From an uncultured candidatus Porisulfidus sp. (GTDB taxonomy: Bacteria > Pseudomonadota > Gammaproteobacteria > Poriferisulfidales > Poriferisulfidaceae), in contig OZ220480.1 of assembly GCA_965116025.1 (NCBI GenBank), positions 768,001 through 832,000 on the forward strand: a stretch of DNA of 64,000 bases, given 5' to 3'. The notes under the pieces are model-generated. The model was not told the DNA's origin. It saw nothing but the letters and a program-made list of their open reading frames with translations, and did not search any database. The translations under genes were made by a program, and so were the position numbers. Shown piece after piece: positions 40,940 to 51,060 of the stretch. Every line of letters begins with the position of its first letter. The stretch's first letter is position 1.

Positions 40940-43002
40940 GTATCGTCGCTAGCCGCCCGGACGGACGGACAGGCTTGCCGCTTCAGGAGGGTTTTTCGGT
41001 CCACGGCGACCAGCAGGGGTGGCAGAAAGAAGAGATCGGCGACCAGCGCGAACGCGATGATCAACGCCGTGAGCAAGCCGACCTGCATGGTGGGGACGAA
41101 GGGCGACAAGACCAGGATCAGAAAGCCTCCGACCAGCGCGAGCGAGGTGGTGAGCAGCGCGGGCCCGGCGGTTTGGAACGCGTAGCGGACCGCGTCGTCG
41201 GGAGTGGCGCCGCGCTCGCGGCGCGCGCGACGGTATTTGCTCAGGAAATGAACCGTGTCGTCCACCACGATGCCGATGGTCATGGCCAGCACGACCGACA
41301 GCGCCAGCCCGACCTCTCCCACCGCCAGCCCCCAGATGCCAAATCCCATCGCCCCAGGCACGAGATTGGGCACGAGGCTGACGAGGCCGAGGCGGAGAGA
41401 GCGAAGGGCGACGATCAGAAAGAGGGAGATGCCGAAGAGTGCCACGGCCGTTCCGAGCAGCATGGCCCGAATGTTGCGTTGTCCGATGTGCGCGAAAAGC
41501 AGCGCGGGCCCCGATGCCTCAACCCGGACGACGTTTGGCGCGTGGTCGCTCAGCCACGCGCGCGCGCGTCCAGCTCCAGCGTCTCGCGCGAGGAAAGCGT
41601 CTTCGCGGTCACGGTCACGCGCGTGGCGGATCTCGATATGTCGATTTGGTTGTTGAGATCGAGCCCCAAGGGGAGCGAGAGCTCGTAGAGCAGCAAATAT
41701 TGCGCCGCGAGCTCTCGGTTGTCGGGCAATCGATAGGCATCCGGGTCGTCGCCGTGCATGCTTTTGTTGAGTTGTCGGAAGGTGTCGCTGATGGTTAGGA
41801 CATGCCTGGTCTCCGGCTGGGCCCGGTACCAGTCGGCGAAGGTGGCCAGGTCCGCGAGGTACGCGGGGTTGGAGATCTCGCCCGGCCCGCGCGAGCTGAG
41901 CGAATACTCGATCACCGTGTTGTCGCTCAGACGCTCGTCCAGGAAGTCCGAATCCTGCCGGAACTCGATGCTTTCGTCAAAAAAATGCACGAGAACGTCG
42001 TTGAGCTCGTTGTGCGGGATGGCGGCCGACCCCCAGAGCAGTGGCGCGCGCCAGCGCAGCGTGAACTCCGCGAGAGCCGCCATCATCGGGTCGCGTCGCC
42101 GGGTTGTGGGGGCGCGCATGGGAAGGAGGGAGAGCAGCGCGGGCAGGAACGTGACCGAAAGCAGGAACGAGGCGCCGACGCCCAGCTGCCACGAACGTTC
42201 CGAGGTGGCGGTACGGGGGCACTTCGGAGAAGTTCATGGTCAAGAAGCCGAACGCCGTCGTCGCGCTGGCCAGGAAAATCGGGCTCAGATTGATCTGGAG
42301 GGATTCGACGATGGCGGTGCGTTTCGAGTCCCCCGCCTGAACGCGTTGTCGCGTAGCCACCAGAAGATGCATGCAACTGGCCACGACGACCATCAGCACG
42401 ATGGTTGGGGCCGGGGCCGTGGGAGGAGTGAACGGCAGTCCGATCCATCCGCCCAGTCCCATGGAGACCAGGACCGAGAAAACGATCACGAGCCCGGTCG
42501 CGGCGACCAGGTTGCCGGCGAGCCGTGGCTCGCTCAGGGCCGTCTCTCGGATTCTGGCGCGCGCGTCCGCGTCGCCTAAGGTTCGCGGGTCGACGAGGTC
42601 GCGCACGAGCAGATCGTCGCCGCCCGCCGTCGCGCGCTGGAAGTTGGTGATGGAGTCCACCCGTCGGGAATGTGGCGCGAGCCACGCTCGCTTGGTCAGC
42701 CAAATGGTGGCGGCGAGCGCCTGTTCCGACGCGAAGTTACCCGCTTCCGGAACGATCATGAACCGGACGTTGTCGTTTTTCCCGCAGGTGTTTTCCAGGA
42801 GCTCGAACGCCAGGAGCTGGGGGTTGTCCTCGCTGAAGAACATCCGGTAATTCGTGGAGGTCTTGAGAAGCATGCCGCCGCTCGCGGCGGCTGCGACCAG
42901 CGTCAGGGTAGCGGTGATGATGGGCCAGCGGGCCGCGACGACCCGCTCCCCGAACCGGGTCGCGAAAGGTGGAGAGAGGGAGTCGGTCGCGCTCGTCATC
43001 AC
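40912..43002 (-). pseudogene. MMPL/RND-family transporter, fragmented
   Basis: Three frames (41977-43002, 41550-42119, 40912-41463) carry MMPL motifs (FSEDNP, ASATTAFGFL, NLVP, GIVVDDTVHF); internal deletions apparent. Confidence 0.85.
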
Positions 43003-43190
43003 GCGAACGCCGACATGAACAGTTTTTTGGGAAGGTTACCGTCGAGGCGCGGCGGAACGGGACGCGGCGGCCAAAAACTTCTGGTGAGAGAAGACGCGAT
43101 ACGAGCGCTCCACGCCAGAAGTTTTTTGCTTACAAAGTCGCTTCCGAATCCAGCCCGTCTATCTCGAGAAAGCAGGCGGGCATGATGATT

Positions 43191-43444
43191 TTAGAGGCAG
43201 CAGCAAAGGCTGGCGGCGATCGACTCGAGTTGCTCCTCGTCCAGCTCCGGACCAGCCGGCAGGGCGAGATGAAGAGTCGTCATATCGCTCTCGTGCGCCT
43301 TAGATCTCGAAATTGTCGGGCGCCTCGATATTGAGCTTCTCGGCGATGGCCCCCCTTGGGGTCATCCATGAGCCGATTGCGGAACTCCGCGTCCTCGCAT
43401 GCTTTCTCTGTGAGATGGCGGCGCATCTCTTCCGAACGTTGCAT
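43191..43444 (-). pseudogene. NHLP-leader (proteusin) precursor peptide with core LCCCL and two frameshifts
   Basis: Repaired translation: MQRSEEMRRHLTEKACEDAEFRNRLMDDPKGAIAEKLNIEAPDNFEIKAHESDMTTLHLALPAGPELDEEQLESIAAS-LCCCL*. Confidence 0.85.
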
Positions 43445-43700
43445 TGCCGCTTCCGCAAATGATCCCCTAATGATATCCTCCTCGCTAGGTGGACTATATC
43501 CGCGTTTTGGCATCTAGCTCGAACCCGAAATGGTCGCTTTAGTCAACGCGGCCGCGACGTTCTCGATCCAAAGCGATTCCTTTTCGCCCGACGCGCGGGC
43601 GGCGAGGTTGGCTTCCCGCCCGGATCTCGGGGAGCCAAAGCTGGTACGGTCGGTAGAGAATCCGGGCCTCCCCCGCGGGTCGGAAGTAGAATACGCCTTC

Positions 43701-44525
43701 ATGCGGCTGGACTTCACCAAGATGCATAGTTTGGGCAACGACTTCGTCGTGCTGGACGCTTGGGCGCGCGAGATTTCCTTGACGCCGTCGCAGCTGCGGC
43801 GGATCGCGGATCGCCGCGCGGGAGTCGGCTGCGATCAGATCTTGTTTCTGGATCCCGACCCGGATGTCGATTTCGCCTACCGCGTTCACAACGCCGACGG
43901 CCAGCCAGCGGGGCAATGCGGCAACGGCGCGCGGTGCTTGGCGCGCTACGCCGCCGACCGCGGATACGCGGACTCCGAGCGCCAGCGCGCGCGCGCGCCC
44001 TCGGGGGAGGTGGCGCTACGGCTGCGCGACGATGGCTCGGTGAGCGTCGACATGGGAGTCCCGCGTCTAGAGCCGGACGAGATCCCCTTCTCGCATCGGG
44101 GCCGCCAGTCGTCCTATGCCTTGGAAGTGGGCGGCGAGGATCTCTCGCTAGGCGCGGTGTCCATGGGAAACCCGCACGCGGTGCTCACCGTCGACTCCGT
44201 CCCCAGCGCGCCGGTGCGCGAGCTGGGCCCCCGCGTCGAGACCCACCCGAAATTCCCCCGGCGCGCCAACGTGGGCTTCATGGAGATCTCCACGCCCCGG
44301 CACATCCGGCTGCGCGTGTGGGAGCGCGGGGTCGGGGAGACCCCGGGCTGCGGCACCGGCGCCTGCGCGGCCGTGGTCGTGGGCCGGCTGGCGGGAGAGC
44401 TGCGCGAGGACGTCGCGGTGTCGCTTCCCGGCGGCGACCTCCAAGTTCGCTGGGAGGGAGAGGGGCGGTCCGTGACGTTGCGCGGAAGCGCGGAATACGC
44501 TTATACGGGGAGTCTGGAGCTATGA
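43701..44525 (+). CDS. dapF: Diaminopimelate epimerase
   Basis: FTKMHSLGNDF, QCGNGARC, SMGNPH, ERGVGETPGCGTGACA. Confidence 0.97.
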   Translation: MRLDFTKMHSLGNDFVVLDAWAREISLTPSQLRRIADRRAGVGCDQILFLDPDPDVDFAYRVHNADGQPAGQCGNGARCLARYAADRGYADSERQRARAPSGEVALRLRDDGSVSVDMGVPRLEPDEIPFSHRGRQSSYALEVGGEDLSLGAVSMGNPHAVLTVDSVPSAPVRELGPRVETHPKFPRRANVGFMEISTPRHIRLRVWERGVGETPGCGTGACAAVVVGRLAGELREDVAVSLPGGDLQVRWEGEGRSVTLRGSAEYAYTGSLEL

Positions 44526-45208
44526 GCGCGAAGCCTAAAGCCGCCGCGCGCGACCGCTTGTCCGACGAGCGCGTCCAGGAGTTTCTGGAGGAGCGCCCCG
44601 ACTTCCTGGCCGATCATCCAGAATTGCTGGCGCGAATGCGGTTGCCGCGCGACGAGGACGGGACCATCTCGTTTCAGGAGCACCGGATTCGTCGGTTGCG
44701 CGAGGACAACGAGCGGCTGGAGGAGCTGGTGGAGATCGCCGCGAGCAACCAGGAGCTGATCGACCACACCCTGGCGCTGGCGACGGAGAGCCTGCAGGAT
44801 CGTCCGGCGAGCCTGGGCGCGGCGATCCAGGCGCAGGAGAAGCGCCTGCTTCGGCACTTCCCGAACGCAGGCTGGGCGATCCGGATTCGTCCGGAGATCC
44901 CGCGCGTCGCGGCCCGGTACCGGGTGCCCGAGCGCCCGCCCTTGGCGCGCGCGGTCATGGCCGCGTTCCGCAAGGGTCCGCAGGTGCTGGCGGATCGCGA
45001 GACCGTCGCGGCGCTGTGGCCGGGGTCGCGGGCGGATTCGGACGCTTTGGTGATCGCGCCCTTGAAGCGCCAGCGGCGGTACGGCGTTCTCTGTCGAGAG
45101 TTGCCGCCCGGCGCGGACCGGGACGGCGACACGACCTTGCTCCAGCGGGTGGCCGATCTGACCGCGGCGCTGATCTCCCGATTCTGCGACCCCCGGCGCG
45201 GCTCGTGA
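44522..45208 (+). CDS. DUF484 (YigA-like) protein
   Basis: FLEERPDFLADHPELL; conserved dapF-yigA-xerC order. Confidence 0.8.
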   Translation: MSAKPKAAARDRLSDERVQEFLEERPDFLADHPELLARMRLPRDEDGTISFQEHRIRRLREDNERLEELVEIAASNQELIDHTLALATESLQDRPASLGAAIQAQEKRLLRHFPNAGWAIRIRPEIPRVAARYRVPERPPLARAVMAAFRKGPQVLADRETVAALWPGSRADSDALVIAPLKRQRRYGVLCRELPPGADRDGDTTLLQRVADLTAALISRFCDPRRGS

Positions 45209-46113
45209 GCGAGCCCGCGCGAGCGCCGGAGCGCTGGCTGGAGGAGTTCCGGGCCAAGCTGCGCTGGGAGCGCAACTATTCGGAGCACACCGTAGCGGGC
45301 TACGCGCGCGACGTCCAAAAATTCCTTCGCTGGCTGGAGGAGCGGTCGGTCCCGGTGGATCAGGCGCGCGACGGCGAGGTCCAGCGCTACGCCGCGGGCC
45401 TGTTTCGGCAGGGACTGTCTCCGCGGTCCATCCAGCGCGGCCTGTCAGCTCTGCGCGGGTTTTTCGACCATCTGGTCGCGACGCGCCGCCTGGAGGACAA
45501 CCCGGCGCGCGGGATTCGCGCTCCTCGTCCGCCCCGGCCGCTCCCCAAGGTCTTGGAGGTAGACGAGGTGACGCGTCTGCTCGACGCGCGCCCGGACGGG
45601 CCGCTGGGCCGTCGCGATCTGGCCATGCTCGAGCTGCTGTATTCCAGTGGAATGCGTCTTTCCGAGCTGGTTGGGCTGGACCGCGAGGATCTGGACCTGG
45701 CGGCGGGCGAGGTGGTCGTGCTCGGCAAGGGCCGGGTGGAGCGCAAGCTTCCGGTCGGACGCATGGCGCTGAAGGCGCTGCGCGACTGGCTTGGCGTTCG
45801 GGAAGAGCTGGCGAGTCCCGGGGAGGCCGCGCTGTTCGTCGGGCGGCGCGGGCGGCGCTTGTCGGCCCGTGGCGTGCAGTTGCGCTTGCGCCGGTTCGGC
45901 CGCGCCGCGGGCAGCGAGCGCCCCCTGCATCCGCATCTGTTCCGCCACTCCTTCGCCAGCCATCTGCTGGAATCCTCCGGCGATCTGCGCGCCGTGCAGG
46001 AGCTGCTGGGGCATCGCCGCGTCAGCACCACGCAGGTCTACACCCATCTGGATTACCAGCATCTCGCCCAGACGTACGACGCGGCGCACCCGCGCGCGCG
46101 GCGGCGAAAATAA
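45205..46113 (+). CDS. xerC: Tyrosine recombinase XerC
   Basis: LLYSSGMRLSEL, GKG, HPHLFRHSFASH, LLGH, TQVYTHLD, HPRA. Confidence 0.95.
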   Translation: MSEPARAPERWLEEFRAKLRWERNYSEHTVAGYARDVQKFLRWLEERSVPVDQARDGEVQRYAAGLFRQGLSPRSIQRGLSALRGFFDHLVATRRLEDNPARGIRAPRPPRPLPKVLEVDEVTRLLDARPDGPLGRRDLAMLELLYSSGMRLSELVGLDREDLDLAAGEVVVLGKGRVERKLPVGRMALKALRDWLGVREELASPGEAALFVGRRGRRLSARGVQLRLRRFGRAAGSERPLHPHLFRHSFASHLLESSGDLRAVQELLGHRRVSTTQVYTHLDYQHLAQTYDAAHPRARRRK

Positions 46114-46128
46114 CTCCGGCGAGATTTA

Positions 46129-46497
46129 ATGATGGCCGCGCGCGTTCCCACGGAGTTGCACCTGCATCAGCGATCCCGCGTCCTGGAGGTCGCGTTCGGC
46201 GAGGAGCGCTTTCGGCTGGGTTGCGAGTATTTGCGGGTCCACTCGCCATCCGCCGAGGTGATGGGTCACGGCCCGGGACAGGAGACCCTGCAGGTCGGCA
46301 AGGAGGACGTCGCGATCGACGCCATCGAGCCGGTCGGCAACTACGCCGTGAAACTGGTGTTCAGCGACGGCCACGACACGGGCATTTACACTTGGGACTA
46401 TCTGTATGATCTGGGCCAGAGCTACGAGGCGCGCTGGCGGCGCTATCTGGAGCGCCTGCGGGAGGCCGGGGTCGAGCGAAAGACCGTGGAGAACTGA
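46129..46497 (+). CDS. DUF971 / gamma-butyrobetaine hydroxylase N-terminal-like protein
   Basis: EYLRVHSPSAEV, VGNYAV, FSDGHDTGIYTWDYL. Confidence 0.88.
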   Translation: MMAARVPTELHLHQRSRVLEVAFGEERFRLGCEYLRVHSPSAEVMGHGPGQETLQVGKEDVAIDAIEPVGNYAVKLVFSDGHDTGIYTWDYLYDLGQSYEARWRRYLERLREAGVERKTVEN

Positions 46498-46501
46498 GGC
46501 G

Positions 46502-47233
46502 ATGGCGCGGTTCGGCTACCGGCACGTCGATCCGGACGAGAAGACCCGGCTGGTGGGCGAGGTGTTCGAGTCGGTGGCGTTCCGCTACGACCTGATGAAC
46601 GACCTGATGTCCTTCGGACTGCATCGCGCCTGGAAGCGCGCCTTCGCGCTACTGGCGCGGCTTCGGGAAGGCCAGCGCGCGCTGGACCTCGCCGGTGGCA
46701 CGGGCGACCTCGCCCGGCTCGTTCGCCCCCGAGTCGGCCCGGAAGGGCAGGTGGTCCTGTGCGATATTGGCGAGAGCATGCTGGCGCGCGGGCGGGACCG
46801 GCTGCTCGACGAGGGGGTGACGGACATCCCGGCGGTGCGGGGAGACGCGGCGGCGCTGCCGTTCGAGTCCGGCTCGTTCGACCGCGTTCTGGTCGGGTTT
46901 GGCCTGCGCAACTTCGCGGACCCCTCGGCGTGCCTGCGCGAGACGCGCCGGGTGCTGCGCCCTGGCGGCCTCGCGCTCGTGCTGGAGTTCTCCCGCCCGG
47001 CCGCCTGGCTGGAGCCGCTCTACCGCGCCTACACGCACCGGGTCTTGCCGAAGCTGGGCGAGGTGGTGGCTGGTGACCGCGACGGCTACCGCTATCTGGC
47101 CGAGTCCATCGCCGTGCACCCGGACCAGCGGACTCTGCGCGAGATGATGCGCGCGGCGGGCTTCCAGTCCTGCCAGTATTTCAACCTGAGCGCCGGCGTG
47201 GTCGCGGTCCACCGCGGCGCGCGAATCGACTGA
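46502..47233 (+). CDS. ubiE: Ubiquinone/menaquinone C-methyltransferase
   Basis: YDLMNDLMSFGLHRAWK, LDLAGGTGD, FGLRN, YRYLAESI. Confidence 0.95.
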   Translation: MARFGYRHVDPDEKTRLVGEVFESVAFRYDLMNDLMSFGLHRAWKRAFALLARLREGQRALDLAGGTGDLARLVRPRVGPEGQVVLCDIGESMLARGRDRLLDEGVTDIPAVRGDAAALPFESGSFDRVLVGFGLRNFADPSACLRETRRVLRPGGLALVLEFSRPAAWLEPLYRAYTHRVLPKLGEVVAGDRDGYRYLAESIAVHPDQRTLREMMRAAGFQSCQYFNLSAGVVAVHRGARID

Positions 47234-47247
47234 GACGAGACCGGCCG

Positions 47248-49008
47248 ATGCCGCGCTGGACGGCCTTGAGGGCGCGCGTCCGCGCGCGACCGCATGGGGT
47301 CGCGGCGCTCGGCGTGGGCCTGGTCGCCGCGTACCTGTGTCTGGTCAACCTCGACTACGCGCCGTTATGGCACGACGAGGCGCCCGCGGTCATCATCGCC
47401 AAGAGCTTGCTGGAGCGCGGCGATATCGTCGGGTGGGATGGCCGCAACCTCGTCGGGGGCATGGACGGTCGCACCCTCAACGACGATCTGCGCGACGTGC
47501 TGCCGCCGCTGATGTACGCGGTGAACGCCGCGGGCCTGGCGCTCTTCGGCGTCAACGAGACAGGCGCGCGGGCTCTCCACGCCCTGACCGGGCTCGCGGC
47601 GCTGCTGGTTCTGTTCCTGATCCTGCGCCAGCGTCTGCCTCGTCATCCGCGGCTGCAGCTCCTCATCTTCAGCTTCGCCGCCTTGTCGGCGCAGCTGTTG
47701 CTGTATTTCCGCCAGTCGCGGTATTTCGCGATGATGGTCTTCCTGTCGCTGCTCATGTTCTGGCTGCACGGCCGCTACCGCGAGCGCCGCGACCCTTGGA
47801 CGCTCGCGGCCCTCGCGGCGGTTTCCGCGCTGGCGTTCCTCAACCATTACACCAGTGGCGTGGCCGCCATGCTCGCGCTCGCGACCTACCACGTCCTATG
47901 CCACCGCCGCGACACCGCTCGGCGCGAGTGGGCGCTGTTCGCGACGTTCGGCGCGCTCGTCGCGCTCGTCGGCCTCGGGTATCTGAGCTGGATCGGGGTT
48001 CTCGGCGGCGAGCGCGCCGGCTTCTCGGGCTTCGCGGGCCAGCTCACCGAAGAGATGACGCGGGTGGCCGCGGCCGGATCGTTCGCCGCCAGCCAGGGCC
48101 TCAAGCTCTGGGTCTACGCGCGCGAGCTGTTCGCCGCCGACTGGATTTCGTGGCCCATCTTTCTGTGGCTCGTCGCCATGCTCTTTCTCGCCGCGCGCGG
48201 GAAGGCGGTCTGGCCGCGCCGCGCTGAGGGCGATCCTGGCTCCCCTCTTCCAGAAACCGCGAGGATCATTCTGTTCGGGGGATTGCTCGCGCTGTTCTCG
48301 GCTCTCCTCTCGCCGCAGTCGATCAAGCTGCACGCGATCGCCGACCTGCGCTATTACGTCGCCGCGCTGCCCCTGTTGCTGGCCATGAAGGGGCTTTTCG
48401 TGGAGTGGCTGTGGCTACGCCACGCCGCCCTGGGCGCGGTCGCGCTCCTCGCGCTGCTGCTCACCAGCGCCGGCGCCTGGCCGTTCAACCTGATGTCGGT
48501 CATAACCGGAGAGCGCACTTTGGGCTGGCATCTGCCCATGCTCGTCCGCGAGATTCATCGGCCCTATCGGGACGCCAACGCCACCATCTCCGACTATCTG
48601 CTACGGCACGCCAAGAAGGACGATCTCGTCTACGTGGACAGCTTCGCCGATCGCGAGACTCTGACCTTCTACGCCGGCCACCACGTGCTGTTCTCCGGCG
48701 TCCTCAGCGCGGACACGCCCCTCCCGGAATCCCGGACGCGCCGCCTGCGCCCCACGCTGTTCCTGGACGCGATCCTGGAGCGCCCGCCGGACTGGGTCAT
48801 CCGATACTACCCGCATCGGTCTCCAAGCGGACGATTCGAGGATCTGGACCTCGGGCGAAGAATCGCCTACGGTCCGCATGACTACGAAGTGGTGGCCAAG
48901 CCGAACGTCTTCTCCTACCCCACGCAACGCCCAGAACTGAACATGCGCTCCTTCGCGCCGCTCGAGAGGAACGGCGTTCCCTACATCCTGCGCCGCGTCC
49001 GGGAGTAG
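47248..49008 (+). CDS. Multi-TM GT-C glycosyltransferase (ArnT/PMT-like)
   Basis: LWHDE after TM1, PPL, GVNETGAR, RQSRYF, many TM segments. Confidence 0.75.
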   Translation: MPRWTALRARVRARPHGVAALGVGLVAAYLCLVNLDYAPLWHDEAPAVIIAKSLLERGDIVGWDGRNLVGGMDGRTLNDDLRDVLPPLMYAVNAAGLALFGVNETGARALHALTGLAALLVLFLILRQRLPRHPRLQLLIFSFAALSAQLLLYFRQSRYFAMMVFLSLLMFWLHGRYRERRDPWTLAALAAVSALAFLNHYTSGVAAMLALATYHVLCHRRDTARREWALFATFGALVALVGLGYLSWIGVLGGERAGFSGFAGQLTEEMTRVAAAGSFAASQGLKLWVYARELFAADWISWPIFLWLVAMLFLAARGKAVWPRRAEGDPGSPLPETARIILFGGLLALFSALLSPQSIKLHAIADLRYYVAALPLLLAMKGLFVEWLWLRHAALGAVALLALLLTSAGAWPFNLMSVITGERTLGWHLPMLVREIHRPYRDANATISDYLLRHAKKDDLVYVDSFADRETLTFYAGHHVLFSGVLSADTPLPESRTRRLRPTLFLDAILERPPDWVIRYYPHRSPSGRFEDLDLGRRIAYGPHDYEVVAKPNVFSYPTQRPELNMRSFAPLERNGVPYILRRVRE

Positions 49009-49024
49009 CCCGCGGGCCCCGGGC

Positions 49025-50005
49025 TCACCCCTCGTCGGCATCCACCCCCAGGAAGGTGCCGCCGTTTCGCCGGGTCAGTTCCCGCATCAAGGTGGCGAAG
49101 CGACTGGTCGTGTCCGCGTATTTCGGGTCGATCTCCTCGATTCGCCCCCGAGTGAAGAACCCGACCGCGTGGATGCGGACCTGCCGCTCGCCGTCCCGGT
49201 GGTTGAGCCGGTCCACCTTGTCGACTTCCTTTTGGATGTCGCCGGTGTGCTCGTCGCCGAAGATGTACAGGCTGATCTTGTCGGACTTCATGCGAAAGGT
49301 CTTGATGGCCTCCTCGATTCCCTCGACCGGGCTGGAGTTGCTGTAGGGGCTCCAGGAATCGAAGCGTTTCAGGAGGACCGCCCGGCGCGCCGGCGTGTCG
49401 GGAATCCACCGCCTCCGGTAGCCCTCGAACATGTACGAGCCCATGTCGTTCATCACCTGGATCCCGCGCACCTTCGGGTAGGCGTCCAGCAGCGACACCA
49501 TCTGCCGCTTGGCCGCCTTCCAGGCGAAGCGCTTCATGCTGCCGGACGTGTCCACGATGAAGATGACGTACTCGCTGTCGGCCGGGACGCCGCCGATCAC
49601 GTCCTCCTCCGACGGCGCCAGCTCCAGCTTTCGCATCTCCTCGTTGAGGCTCTGCAGCGCGGTTTTCAGACTGGCCTCGACCAGCGCGCTGGCCCGGGCG
49701 CTGGCCTGGGCCCCGGCGCTCGCCCGCCGCGCCTCCTCCAACGCCTTTTGGTCTTCCCGCAGCCTCTCCCTTCGCTCGGCCAGGCGCGCCCGCTCCGCCT
49801 GCCGCTCGGCGGCCAGGCGGGCCTCGACCCGCTCCACCCGGGCGAGCTCCTCCCGCAGGGACTCGATCCGGGACTGAAAGTCCACGACCGGCTCGCCGTC
49901 GGCGTGCTTGGTGATCAAGAGCAGCAGCACGATGGCTCCGAAGCCGCAACTGACCACGTCGAGGAACGACAGATGGTTGTCGGCCGCCCGGCGCCGGCGC
50001 CTCAT
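49025..50005 (-). CDS. VWA-domain protein with ExbD/TolR-like N-terminal TM and coiled coil
   Basis: SFLDVVSCGFGAIVLLLLI; VDTSGSM MIDAS; FGDE. Confidence 0.85.
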   Translation of the reverse strand: MRRRRRAADNHLSFLDVVSCGFGAIVLLLLITKHADGEPVVDFQSRIESLREELARVERVEARLAAERQAERARLAERRERLREDQKALEEARRASAGAQASARASALVEASLKTALQSLNEEMRKLELAPSEEDVIGGVPADSEYVIFIVDTSGSMKRFAWKAAKRQMVSLLDAYPKVRGIQVMNDMGSYMFEGYRRRWIPDTPARRAVLLKRFDSWSPYSNSSPVEGIEEAIKTFRMKSDKISLYIFGDEHTGDIQKEVDKVDRLNHRDGERQVRIHAVGFFTRGRIEEIDPKYADTTSRFATLMRELTRRNGGTFLGVDADEG

Positions 50006-51060
50006 GGCCAGTCCTCCGCGGGCGCCAGGAACTGCCCGCCGGTGCGCATCGCCAACCTCCAGTAGGCGCCCGCCGCATGCGGGTCGCCTTCCAGCGGCAG
50101 CAGAACGACGTTGAAGGGCGGATTCGCGATTCTATCCGTAGCCGCCTGAAAGAACTCCATGCGCTGGTCCGCGCTGACCAGATTCTTCCGTTTCGGAAAG
50201 ATCCGGCCCAGGACCGTTTTCCCGCGCGTCGGGAGGCCGTCCGTGATCAGGTAGACCGCGTCCGGCCGGGGCCGCGTCGACAGAGCCTTCTCGAGAGTCG
50301 AGTCCAGGCGAGTTCCTCCCGACGGAACCCAGCCCCGCGCCGCCGCGATCACCTTCTCCATGCTCTCCGCGTCGTCCGCCCTCAGCCATCCGTCGCCCGG
50401 CAGCAGGCGCGCCGGGGCCTCGCTGAAGCCCCAGACCTGATACTGCGCGTCCCGCGGCAAATGCGCGAGGGTCCACTCGAGAATGGACCGGGCCCAGCGC
50501 CATTTGTGGCTCTCGATCTGGTGCTGGATTGGAAGGTATTTATTGCGGATGATCGTGGCGACGCGCGTGGCCTGCATGCTGGCCGAGCGGTCCAGCAGGA
50601 TCAGGATTCGGCGGCCCTCGACCCGAAAGCCCGCTACATACTGGCGCTGGCCCTCGCCTTCCCGCGCCAGCAGCTGCCGGCTCTTCTTCGCTTCCTGGAT
50701 CTTCCGCTTCAGCTCGCGCAACTCTTCTTCCAGACGGGCCGTGTTGGACGTTTCCGGTCGCCGGGCGCGGAGCTCGGCGCTGGCGGTGATGGCGGCCACG
50801 CGGCGTTCCGCCAAGCTCCGCGACTCGCGTCTCGTCTGCTCCGTCTCTCGGCGATGATCGTCGATTCGCTCCTCCCGCTCCTGGATGGACCGCTCCAGAA
50901 TCCGCAGATCGGCCTCGCCGCTCTCCGAAGCCCGCGCGACCTCGGTCAGGTTGTGGTCGATGATCAGGAACAGCAGGACCGCGGCGCCCAGCCCGCAGGA
51001 CATGACGTCCAGGAAGGCCAGACCGAACGGGTTCAGGAAATGGGCGCGGCGCCGGGACAT
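50002..51060 (-). CDS. Second VWA-domain protein with ExbD/TolR-like N-terminal TM
   Basis: AFLDVMSCGLGAAVLLFLII; LDRSASM MIDAS; LITDGLP. Confidence 0.85.
   Translation of the reverse strand: MSRRRAHFLNPFGLAFLDVMSCGLGAAVLLFLIIDHNLTEVARASESGEADLRILERSIQEREERIDDHRRETEQTRRESRSLAERRVAAITASAELRARRPETSNTARLEEELRELKRKIQEAKKSRQLLAREGEGQRQYVAGFRVEGRRILILLDRSASMQATRVATIIRNKYLPIQHQIESHKWRWARSILEWTLAHLPRDAQYQVWGFSEAPARLLPGDGWLRADDAESMEKVIAAARGWVPSGGTRLDSTLEKALSTRPRPDAVYLITDGLPTRGKTVLGRIFPKRKNLVSADQRMEFFQAATDRIANPPFNVVLLPLEGDPHAAGAYWRLAMRTGGQFLAPAEDWP

Noticed and set aside
45205-46113. Tyrosine recombinase as the integrase of the 20-43 kb island
   Set aside because: It is housekeeping XerC in the conserved dapF-yigA-xerC context.
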